Source of the DNA: a virus
Taxonomy: Duplodnaviria; Heunggongvirae; Uroviricota; Caudoviricetes
Length of the DNA: 16,614 nucleotides
Virus record (IMG/VR): IMGVR_UViG_2778261297_000002
Strand: one strand, 5' to 3'
In this document: positions 8,601-15,868 of the stretch, piece by piece
How positions within the stretch are numbered: position 1 is the stretch's first letter
How the letters are laid out: each line of letters opens with the position of its first letter
Position numbers and translations under genes: made by a program
Notes under the pieces: model-generated
Told to the model about the DNA's origin: nothing
The model's input: only the letters and a program-made list of their open reading frames with translations
The model's database searches: none

Positions 8601-8795
8601 ATGGCCTTTAACGATTTTATGGAAGAATCGGAATTGTTTGAGCTACTGGGCAAGAAAAAAACGGCTGTATGGCGGTTACGAAAAGACCATGGTTTTCCGA
8701 ATCCTGTTCTTACCTACCCGTCGCGCTACAGCCGCAAAGCTGTAATGAAATGGCTTGAGGATGGTGGTATTAACCGTACGGTTTGTGGTTATTGA
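8601..8795 (+). CDS. Second AlpA-like HTH regulator (64 aa)
   Basis: FELLGKKKTAVWRLRKDHGFPNPV...SRYSRKAVMKWLEDGG matches the AlpA-type pattern; GGAGG 6 nt upstream; terminator follows. Confidence 0.65.
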   Translation: MAFNDFMEESELFELLGKKKTAVWRLRKDHGFPNPVLTYPSRYSRKAVMKWLEDGGINRTVCGY

Positions 8796-8811
8796 ACCTG
8801 AATTTATCTGG

Positions 8812-8839
8812 CTGCACTCTTTTGGGTGCAGTTATTTTC
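8812..8839 (+). terminator. Rho-independent terminator
   Basis: CTGCAC-tcttttgg-GTGCAG followed by TTATTTT. Confidence 0.6.
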
Positions 8840-9500
8840 CTGTCAGGTAGGGATGGATGTTGATCATTACCTGTAATCATTATTCTCCGGCATACCGTTC
8901 GCCTCTTCGCGTAAAGCTGCCAGTCCGTTAGACTCCTCGCCTTTCTGACCAGTTAGAAAAATCCTAGTGGTTAACATCTGTTGAATAAAACAGCAAAAAG
9001 GAGTTCACACCTTACGCACTATACAGTGCTACGCCCAAAGCCGCGTTAACGCTGGCTTTCTGGGGTATACACCCCTTGTGCATAAATAGTGAAACTTGTA
9101 TACAAAAATGAGGAAAATCAGCCTGCAAGGCGTACCAGATAAGGGATTTCTGTGTATACAGGTCAGCTAGTTAATAGGCCATTATTGAGCTGAGCACGGC
9201 AAGGCTGTATCGCAGGGCAGCTACACGCTGGCAGGAAGTCATGATGATTTGTGCTGAGGACGATGATCGGGAATGGGTAAAGCAGCGCCGTGAAACGTGT
9301 CTGGAGAACGTGAAGCGCCCGCCAGTGAAAACCGATGATTACGGCGATCTGCATAAAGCAGTCACTGAGACACAACACCGCATGGGGATAGCGCAACCAA
9401 ACGGCAATGCCTTCCGATTAAATGGTGGTAAGAAGCAACGACAGGCCACCAGCGGGGGCGACAGTTCGCAGTAAGGTTCGCACTAAAACGGCTGTAAATT

Positions 9501-9558
9501 CTGGACTGTCCTGGACGGATTTAAAACCCTAGCAGCGCCAGACCCGCGCCAGTAGTGG
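9501..9558. repeat. Conserved bipartite element, copy 1
   Basis: Arms CTGGACTGTCCTGGAC and AGACCCGCGCCAGTAGTGG, start positions 39 bp apart; near-identical copy at 10094-10151. Confidence 0.6.
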
Positions 9559-9686
9559 GCTGGAAGCTAAATCGTGATTCAGGACGTCCTAAATATCTGG
9601 TTAGTTCCACTGGTACGCAGTACGCAGTCAGGTGCGCAGCAAAACCGCGCATTCAGTTAGGGTTTTTGCGCACAGTGAGCCGTTAA

Positions 9687-10064
9687 ATGAAAAAAAATAG
9701 CCAACAATCAAGATCCGGATGGGGTGGCAAGCGGAAAGGCGCAGGCGCACCGTTGGGCAATACTAATGCCGTCAAACATGGCGAACGCAGTAGGCGGGCA
9801 TTCTTCCCGTTTGAGGGGGGCGAGGCGCTTTCTCCGCTGGTGCGAAATCGTGCAAGAAACCTCATGATGGCTGAGAGATACGGGCTATTACTGGCGACTA
9901 ATCCGACGCCGGGAACAGAAGAATGGCGCGAGATGACATTGATTAACGGACTCATGGGGCTACATGCCGACAGAATCGCACGGCTTGAGCTGAGTTTAGC
10001 GAGATCCGTTTCAATGCAAGCAAGGCGGGATCTGCGAAGGGTTAAAAAAAGCGGCGCATGTTAG
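9687..10064 (+). CDS. Basic N-terminus protein, possible terminase small subunit-like / packaging protein (125 aa)
   Basis: N-terminal GWGGKRKGAGAPLGNTNAVKHG Gly/Lys-rich motif reminiscent of some phage TerS N-termini; function unverified. Confidence 0.4.
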   Translation: MKKNSQQSRSGWGGKRKGAGAPLGNTNAVKHGERSRRAFFPFEGGEALSPLVRNRARNLMMAERYGLLLATNPTPGTEEWREMTLINGLMGLHADRIARLELSLARSVSMQARRDLRRVKKSGAC

Positions 10065-10093
10065 CAATCCGTATAGTCACCGATGTTGAAATA

Positions 10094-10151
10094 CTGGACT
10101 GTTCAGGACAGAACCAAAGCCCATATGAGGCGAGACCCGCACCAGTAGTGG
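10094..10151. repeat. Conserved bipartite element, copy 2
   Basis: Arms CTGGACTGTTCAGGAC and AGACCCGCACCAGTAGTGG with the same 39-bp register as copy 1. Confidence 0.6.
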
Positions 10152-10450
10152 ACAGAATCACGGGCGTGATTGAGCGTAAGACGGGGAAAGCAGCCAGAGG
10201 CATTGGCCTGACTCTGTAAAAGCAAAACGCCCGCACGGGCGTCAGGGAACGGGATAGACTTCTGCGACAATTTGCATTCGCCGCCAATATAGCAAGCCGT
10301 CCACATCAAGCAATAAACTATCACCGGGAGGGGGAGGCCAAATCTCTGCAACCCTGAGCCTTAAGGACTGCCCGCCTCATCGAATGTTTATACCCGCGAA
10401 AAATAAAATTTAATCTGGGCGTGTTTCATCCTTCCAGATGGGTATGACGT

Positions 10451-10636
10451 ATGACACCACGCGAAATAGCTTTATTGACCACCGCCAAACTGGAGCACGA
10501 AGGCCACCAGCTAACCCCGGCAGATCAACGGGAGATAGAACGCTCAGTTAATGCCGATATAGCCCGGCGTGACAAATTCCGCGAAATGATGCGATCACCT
10601 GCCTACCAGTGGAAGAAGCCAGCGCCGCGCAGGTAG
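10451..10636 (+). CDS. Small protein (61 aa), paralog of 14520-14711
   Basis: C-terminus MMRSPAYQWKKPAPRR parallels MTAPAYQWKRPDNPRR in the second copy, with similarity across the whole length; weak RBS. Confidence 0.45.
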   Translation: MTPREIALLTTAKLEHEGHQLTPADQREIERSVNADIARRDKFREMMRSPAYQWKKPAPRR

Positions 10637-10756
10637 ATATGGGATTATTCCACATGTAACTTATGCGTATTAAGCAAATTTCCTTTATTCACCTTTACAG
10701 AATTGTGAGTACGTCAGTATCGTTATCCTTCCGATTCGCATTTATTCAGGATTTGC

Positions 10757-11299
10757 ATGTACCAGCTAAAGATAACCATCCGAGACAGCAAGCCACCTAT
10801 ATGGCGGCGTGTGCTGGTTCCAGAGCAAATCCCCTTTAGTGAACTTCACGCGGTGATCCAGTTGGCTTTTGGCTGGAATGACGAACACCTGTATATGTTC
10901 GAGAAAGGGCGTAAAGGTGATCCCGGTAGCGAGTATCGCGTATGGGGTGAGGATGAAAGCATGGGTAATGCGGCAATCACACCACTATGGGCAGCGCTCC
11001 AGAATGAGGGTGACAGGCTGGTTTACACGTATGACTTTGGCGACTGGTGGGATTGCCTTATTGTGCTGGAGAAGCAAACACACGATACGAGCAATCAGCC
11101 CATTAGCTGCCTGCGTGGGAAAGGCACCACCCCGGCGGAAAACTCAGGCGGCTTGCATGGTTACAATGAATTGCTATTACAGGCCAGAGAGTCTGATAAT
11201 CCTGAGCAGGCCGAGATCCACAATTTCCTGATGCTGGATATTGAACGCCGGGTTTACGACCTGAGCCGCATCAACGACAGATTGCAGGCTATTAACTGA
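10757..11299 (+). CDS. pRiA4b ORF-3-like family protein (180 aa)
   Basis: YQLKITIRDSKPPIWRRVLVP...ELHAVIQLAFGWNDEHLYMF...YTYDFGDWWDCLIVLE matches the conserved pattern of that family (recognised from memory). Confidence 0.65.
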   Translation: MYQLKITIRDSKPPIWRRVLVPEQIPFSELHAVIQLAFGWNDEHLYMFEKGRKGDPGSEYRVWGEDESMGNAAITPLWAALQNEGDRLVYTYDFGDWWDCLIVLEKQTHDTSNQPISCLRGKGTTPAENSGGLHGYNELLLQARESDNPEQAEIHNFLMLDIERRVYDLSRINDRLQAIN

Positions 11300-11651
11300 C
11301 CCGCATGTATTCACCTGATATTGCGTTATCAGCGCCGCCACTATCTCGCACAACGGCACACTGTCCCGGTAAACCGTAGCGCACGACCGTTGCGCTGGTT
11401 TCACCGCCGCGCCGTACCTGACGGGATTCATACACTGTCATTCGCTCAAGCAGTCCACCGGCAACCATGCTTTCGAGCGTGCGGCTGGTTGATTCGAGCT
11501 GGTATCGTTTATCGAACGATCCCATGCCGTGAAGCAGGTAGGCCACGCCCGACACATCGAGTGGCGGAGCGCCGATCTCACCCGATACCCACTCGAGGTT
11601 ATCCGGCTCAAAGTAACTGAGTATCTCTTTTTTGCGGTTGGTCATTCTCAT
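11292..11651 (-). CDS. Winged-helix-like DNA-binding regulator, copy A (119 aa)
   Basis: ILSYFEPDNLEWVSGEIGAPPLDVSGVAYLL suggests a MarR/PadR-like wHTH; AAGGAA upstream; palindromic operator just upstream; paralog at 14708-15067. Confidence 0.65.
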   Translation of the reverse strand: MRMTNRKKEILSYFEPDNLEWVSGEIGAPPLDVSGVAYLLHGMGSFDKRYQLESTSRTLESMVAGGLLERMTVYESRQVRRGGETSATVVRYGLPGQCAVVRDSGGADNAISGEYMRVS

Positions 11652-11666
11652 GGCTGGCAGGTTCCT

Positions 11667-11696
11667 TATTGTGGGATAGCACTATCATACAATAAG
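11667..11696. promoter_or_regulatory. Imperfect 30-bp palindrome, putative operator of regulator A
   Basis: TTATTGTggGATAGcaCTATCatACAATAA, between regulator A and the divergent 11877 operon. Confidence 0.4.
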
Positions 11697-11876
11697 AAGC
11701 GGTGAGGAATGGCTACTTAACTTTCCCCTCCATTTTGTAACGCAATCAGTACCCCCTCATGTAGTCCGCAACTCTTTTAATTAAAATATTTTATCTTGAC
11801 GATTTATTTTATTGATCATAAGTTAACCCCATACAGAAGAAGTATGTACGTTTAACCAGTATCAGGAGGTCAGGAA

Positions 11877-12053
11877 ATGGCAGTCACTAACAAAAAGCCG
11901 ATTCTTGTTGATCAGCCGATTCTCGAAGGGTTACAGCGCCTCCGGGATGATGAATGCCGACGTTCTACCGTAGGCGCAGCCCCAAGCATTCAGGAGCTGG
12001 CGCGTCACCTTTTGCGCCAGGGTATCCACCGGCATGAGGCGGGCAAGAAGTAA
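11877..12053 (+). CDS. Small protein (58 aa), possible RHH-like regulator; first gene of four-gene operon
   Basis: AGGAGG at 11864-11869. Sequence MAVTNKKPILVDQPILEGLQRLRDDECRRSTVGAAPSIQELARHLLRQGIHRHEAGKK has a strand-helix-helix pattern. TTGACG-type promoter candidate at about 11796-11825. Confidence 0.45.
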   Translation: MAVTNKKPILVDQPILEGLQRLRDDECRRSTVGAAPSIQELARHLLRQGIHRHEAGKK

Positions 12054-12079
12054 CTCTGCTGCCCGGAAAGGAGAAACCA

Positions 12080-12856
12080 ATGCCGTTAATGAAATTACCC
12101 ACATGGGCGCTAACAGCGTTCGGTACGAAAGGTAAGAAAAAACAGCCCCAACTATCTGAGGAAAACCCATCCATGTTTGATTTCTCGCATCTGTCAGGCA
12201 AAACCAAAACGAAAGGCGAGTCCGATAACGGTAATGAGCCACTGAAACAGGATAGTGACGATATTCAGGTATATCGCCCAAACAAGCACAGTCGTGGTCA
12301 CAATGTCGCGGTGTCTACTGAGGCTAAGAACAACCCGGTTCTGGCTGTTCGTTTGCTGAAAGAAACAAAGCTTTCATCGAAGAAAATAAAGCAGCAACTG
12401 GCATCGTCGCCGATGGCGCTTTCTGTGTTTACCCAGAAATTTATGGAAGAGAACGATCCGACCTGGGAGTTTCAGGACGACGAAGAGAAAGCCCGAACGG
12501 CGCTGATGTTTTCAACGCAGAACCGTGACGCAAATGGTTACAGCGCTGCCCAGAGTAGCGCTATCAAGGCATTGAAAAAAATGGAAGAGCCTCTGACAGA
12601 GGATGAGGTCAAGGCATTAGCCAACATGACATTGAAGATGCAAAACGAGTACGACCCGATGTCACCTGACAATGTCAATGCTCGCCGCATAGCGGATGAG
12701 GAGTACCGGGAGGAAGTGGCACAGGCCACAGCACGCCGCAATGATCGTATCCGGGCATCTGGTGTGAGCCTGCCGGGAGATACCCGTCGCGTGAATGGCA
12801 AGATTGAAGGGCCAGCAGGCGAAGCCGAACGCCTTAAATCACAGGTTTCTCTCTGA
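12080..12856 (+). CDS. Hypothetical protein (258 aa), paralog of 12865-13359
   Basis: AAGGAG 7 nt upstream. Shares EAKNNPVLAVRLL and DPTWEF...DANGYSAAQSSAIKALKKMEEPLTEDEV with the downstream gene. Confidence 0.7.
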   Translation: MPLMKLPTWALTAFGTKGKKKQPQLSEENPSMFDFSHLSGKTKTKGESDNGNEPLKQDSDDIQVYRPNKHSRGHNVAVSTEAKNNPVLAVRLLKETKLSSKKIKQQLASSPMALSVFTQKFMEENDPTWEFQDDEEKARTALMFSTQNRDANGYSAAQSSAIKALKKMEEPLTEDEVKALANMTLKMQNEYDPMSPDNVNARRIADEEYREEVAQATARRNDRIRASGVSLPGDTRRVNGKIEGPAGEAERLKSQVSL

Positions 12857-12864
12857 GAGGTGCG

Positions 12865-13359
12865 GTGGTGAGCATTATGAACTTTCAGCATCTCAATCCG
12901 CCGCAGCCCGATGCGCAGGCATATGGCTTTTCCGGGCGCCGTATGCAGCGCATGCATCGACTTCAGCAGTCTGTTGAAGACGAGCAACCCCCTGAACGTC
13001 GCCATTCTGATGCACATCTGATCGCGGTGAGAAAAGAGGCCAAACAAAACCCGATACAGGCACTTCATCTTATCGCTGAAGGGATACCACACCAGCGTGC
13101 CATCGCCTTACTGCAGGGCAGCGTTCGGCAGCTCAGTCGTTTTACCCGTCGGGCCATGGAGAAAGCCTATCCTGGCTGGGAACTCCTTGATGCCGAAGAC
13201 CAGAACATGGCGGCATTCCAGCACAGCATGATTAACGGCGACACCAACGGCTATCGGGCTGGTTTTAACGCTGCTCTGTCGGCGCTGGAGAAGTTTGTAG
13301 AGCCAGTTACGTTTGACGATATCGTGAATAGCGTTAATTCGCTGGTGGAGGAAGTATGA
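12865..13359 (+). CDS. Hypothetical protein (about 160 aa), paralog of 12080-12856
   Basis: EAKQNPIQALHLI and YPGWEL...DTNGYRAGFNAALSALEKFVEPVTFDDI parallel the upstream gene. Start ambiguous (GTG 12865, GTG 12868 or ATG 12877). Confidence 0.65.
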   Translation: MVSIMNFQHLNPPQPDAQAYGFSGRRMQRMHRLQQSVEDEQPPERRHSDAHLIAVRKEAKQNPIQALHLIAEGIPHQRAIALLQGSVRQLSRFTRRAMEKAYPGWELLDAEDQNMAAFQHSMINGDTNGYRAGFNAALSALEKFVEPVTFDDIVNSVNSLVEEV

Positions 13360-13535
13360 GTAATTCATTCGATTTTGAGCTGGTTGCTGATGACAGGGCC
13401 AGTGCTGCCATTGACGACATTAATGAGGCTATTCGCAATCTTGGACCGCATCTGGAGAAGACGCGGGAAAGCCTCAGGCTGGGCGGCCTTCCGCCGTCGC
13501 CTTACAAAAATGGGTCCTTCCTGAGCCTTTTGTAA
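13356..13535 (+). CDS. Small acidic protein (59 aa), last gene of operon
   Basis: ATGA overlap with the upstream stop at 13356-13359; hand translation MSNSFDFELVADDRASAAIDDINEAIRNLGPHLEKTRESLRLGGLPPSPYKNGSFLSLL. Confidence 0.4.
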   Translation: MSNSFDFELVADDRASAAIDDINEAIRNLGPHLEKTRESLRLGGLPPSPYKNGSFLSLL

Positions 13536-13586
13536 GGCACGGGCATTGCGCGCCGCGGTGTTTTCCTAGCTACAGGTTTTGAATTT

Positions 13587-13792
13587 GATTGACACTTTAC
13601 ACTAAGGTTTTTCCGGTTGCTGGGTTGTTAACTCCCTTGAGCGGCAAGGGATTACCGGGAATAACCGCCGATCCTGATTGACAGTTAGATTGACACTTTC
13701 TGCCTGAAAAGTGTCAACCGGACAGAAAAAGTGTCAAGTAGCTGGCGCTTTACAGTTTGATTGACAGTTTCCCGCCGGTGGGTTGACACATT
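13587..13792. repeat. Array of 7 TTGACA(C/G) motifs in both orientations upstream of the 13826 gene
   Basis: Forward copies at 13589, 13678, 13690, 13761, 13783; inverted at 13711 and 13731. Includes the palindrome TTGACACTTT-ctgcctg-AAAGTGTCAA. Confidence 0.6.
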
Positions 13793-13825
13793 GCCTGCCA
13801 ATGATAATTACCCAGGAGAAAAAAT

Positions 13826-14413
13826 ATGTCGCTGATGAGTGTGAGTCAGTACGCTAAACACGCAGGGCTAAGTCGTCAGGCCCTCTACAACTGGGAGGCT
13901 AAGCAAGGTTTCCCCGCACGAGTGGACGGCAAGATTGACCAACTGGCCTGTGATGCCTACCTGGCCCGATACCGCAGCGCCAGTGACCCGCGCACGAAGA
14001 ATGCCAGGGGGAAAACCAAATCTGCTCCAGCCGGTCAGGCGCAGGGGAGTGCGCTGGTGGAAATGAGTGTTGCGGAGATTAAGCGCATCATAGTGTCAGG
14101 TGCCGGTAAGGTGGCCGGGATGGATCCGGACGAACGAGCCCAACTGGCTGCAAAGGCCGTAGAGCTGTTTGTAAGCGAAGGGCCTTATAACCCTCCTGTA
14201 ACGTTCGGCGGCTACCGGCTGTCGATTGTTGAAACGCCAGATGTTGAAATCGGGCAGATCATCGCGGGCGGCGCGTTCGGCCTGTCTGCATATGATGTGA
14301 TTTACGAGTGCCGGGATTACACCCTGACTCTCATGAGCGATGAAACCGAAGAAACAGCCATGCGGAGAGTGATCCCTTCGTTGCTGTATGCCCTGGCCGA
14401 CGATACCGACTAA
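13826..14413 (+). CDS. HTH-containing protein (195 aa), N-terminal MerR/Nu1-like helix-turn-helix
   Basis: N-terminus SVSQYAKHAGLSRQALYNWEAKQGFP looks like a phage HTH; AGGAG 7 nt upstream; strong terminator downstream. Confidence 0.65.
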   Translation: MSLMSVSQYAKHAGLSRQALYNWEAKQGFPARVDGKIDQLACDAYLARYRSASDPRTKNARGKTKSAPAGQAQGSALVEMSVAEIKRIIVSGAGKVAGMDPDERAQLAAKAVELFVSEGPYNPPVTFGGYRLSIVETPDVEIGQIIAGGAFGLSAYDVIYECRDYTLTLMSDETEETAMRRVIPSLLYALADDTD

Positions 14414-14443
14414 AGCAAAGTGTGCCAGCGGGCTCCTGTTATT

Positions 14444-14469
14444 CCAGCCCTCCGGGGCTGGCTTTTTAT
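14444..14469 (+). terminator. Rho-independent terminator
   Basis: CCAGCCC-tccg-GGGCTGG followed by CTTTTTAT. Confidence 0.65.
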
Positions 14470-14519
14470 AACGATGCTCAGGGCGTAGCCGGTGAGCCTA
14501 TAGAGCAGGAAGATATAGC

Positions 14520-14711
14520 GTGTTAAAACAGAAGAAAATCGAGGCGGTAATTGAAGAGCTGGCCCGCCTGCAGGGGAATGAGCTGAATGCCACCGATATG
14601 CTGGAGTTACGTTGCAGGGTTGCGGGAACGCTCGTTGCTAAAGAACGGCACCGCCGGAGGATGACGGCACCAGCCTACCAGTGGAAGAGGCCAGATAATC
14701 CACGTCGTTAA
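14520..14711 (+). CDS. Small protein (63 aa), paralog of 10451-10636
   Basis: GTG start with AGGA 8 nt upstream; shares the C-terminal PAYQWK(K/R)P...PRR motif; stop overlaps the convergent regulator B. Confidence 0.45.
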   Translation: MLKQKKIEAVIEELARLQGNELNATDMLELRCRVAGTLVAKERHRRRMTAPAYQWKRPDNPRR

Positions 14712-15067
14712 ACGACCCGCACATATTCGCCTTCTATCGTGCCGTCTGCACCTCCCGTATCGCGTACCACTGAAACGGTACCCGGCAGGCCGTAACGGAC
14801 AACGGTAGCGGTCGTCTCGCCGCCCATAACGATACTCCGCGCCTCCCTGCTCCGGTACCTCTCCAGCAACCCATCTTTCACCATTGCTTCCAGCGTTCGT
14901 CTGGTGGATTCGAGCCAGTGCCGGTTGTCTTCGAGGCCTGTCCCATACAGCAGGTACGCCACGCCGGATACATCAAGGGGAGGTGCGCCGATCTCACCCG
15001 TCACCCAGTCGCGGTTATCCGGTTCGAAGTAGCTGAGTATCGTCTTTTTGCGGCTGGTTAGTCTCAT
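14708..15067 (-). CDS. Winged-helix-like DNA-binding regulator, copy B (119 aa from ATG 15067)
   Basis: MRLTSRKKTILSYFEPDNRDWVTGEIGAPPLDVSGVAYLL aligns along its length with copy A; AAGGA upstream of ATG 15067 (the six-frame ORF extends to 15103). Confidence 0.65.
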   Translation of the reverse strand: MRLTSRKKTILSYFEPDNRDWVTGEIGAPPLDVSGVAYLLYGTGLEDNRHWLESTRRTLEAMVKDGLLERYRSREARSIVMGGETTATVVRYGLPGTVSVVRDTGGADGTIEGEYVRVV

Positions 15068-15080
15068 AGTGGGAGATTCC

Positions 15081-15106
15081 TTATTGTATGACAGTGCTAT
15101 CATACA
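15081..15106. promoter_or_regulatory. Palindromic putative operator of regulator B
   Basis: TTATTGTATGAcagtgcTATCATACA with arms TGTATGA / TCATACA; same position relative to the start as operator A. Confidence 0.4.
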
Positions 15107-15320
15107 TTAGTAATTCATGACAATCCGCCGTCATGGCTGGTGGTCACAGTCATGATAAATGTGCTCAGCCCATTCCCGGTTGAGTATGGGGGACGCATTC
15201 AACATCGAGGCATTTATAACTAATTGATGGTTATGTTTATGGAATTTGATGTTTTATAGCAGTAGGATGAAATCGCATAGACTATGCACAGCTATTACTC
15301 TGGATATACAAGGAATTTAT

Positions 15321-15860
15321 ATGTCATTAGCTAACAAAATGAAACTACAAGATCTTAAAGCAAAAATTGAAGAATTCAGCGCTCCTCGGCGCGAGTTGTT
15401 GAATAAACAAATAAATGATGCTGCTACTGCTATTCAGAAAGATGTTTTGGAATTTTTTAAATCTAAAGGATTTACAATTACAGGCCAGACTCCTAAGTTG
15501 AAAGCCACTTATAACGGCGGCCTTGATACTCTCATTGATTTCTCAAAACTCACAGGAAGCTTCTTTGGTTGTGATGGTGCAGTTGAGTTCAAATATGAAA
15601 ATAAAGAATTTTCGCTTAATTACTCTATAAAACGTGGAAAGTCCCCGGAGCGTAATTCTTGGGCTGGTAGGCCTGATGAAATGCTACTAAAAGAAATTGA
15701 GTTCTATGAGAAAGAATTATTGCCGTATTTAGAGTCAACTGGTGTTTCAGACCTAAGCGGCGAGGTGGTTTTGTTCTCAATGGTTAAAAACGCAACAGGT
15801 AAACCAACTACGCAGAAGTATGAAAGTGTTGAGCAAGCACTGAACAGCCTCATGGATTAA
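15321..15860 (+). CDS. Hypothetical protein (179 aa), AT-rich cargo gene at the right edge
   Basis: AGGAA 5 nt upstream of ATG 15321 (ORF track extends to 15246); sampled lines about 27-38 percent G+C; terminator follows. Confidence 0.6.
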   Translation: MSLANKMKLQDLKAKIEEFSAPRRELLNKQINDAATAIQKDVLEFFKSKGFTITGQTPKLKATYNGGLDTLIDFSKLTGSFFGCDGAVEFKYENKEFSLNYSIKRGKSPERNSWAGRPDEMLLKEIEFYEKELLPYLESTGVSDLSGEVVLFSMVKNATGKPTTQKYESVEQALNSLMD

Positions 15861-15868
15861 ATGTCTGC

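Noticed and set aside
9163-9474. ORFs 9163-9396 (-) and 9241-9474 (+) in the long intergenic region
   Set aside because: No motif or conservation evidence; the plus ORF has a possible AGGA upstream, so it is left unannotated rather than excluded outright.
9683-10351. Minus-strand ORFs 9683-9955, 10042-10287 and 10103-10351
   Set aside because: Antisense to the terS-like gene or covering the conserved non-coding element; proline/arginine-rich, atypical translations.
10869-11620. ORFs 10869-11231 (+), 11177-11431 (-) and 11321-11620 (+)
   Set aside because: Alternative frames of the pRiA4b-ORF3-like and regulator genes, which have clearer protein-like sequence and paralog support.
12080-13359. 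Paralogous pair as P4 Sid/Psu capsid-size proteins
   Set aside because: Considered because Sid and Psu are a related pair in P4, but I see no sequence similarity to my recollection of Psu, and the element has a PICI-like rather than P4-like gene order. Kept only as a hypothesis to test.
11931-13368. ORFs 11931-12281 (-), 11965-12207 (-), 12538-13092 (-), 12795-12977 (+) and 13108-13368 (-)
   Set aside because: Antisense or out-of-frame within the plus-strand operon, whose genes show RBSs, coupling and paralogy.
10451-15067. Small protein plus regulator pairs as classical toxin-antitoxin operons
   Set aside because: The genes are convergent rather than co-transcribed, and neither partner shows a toxin motif.
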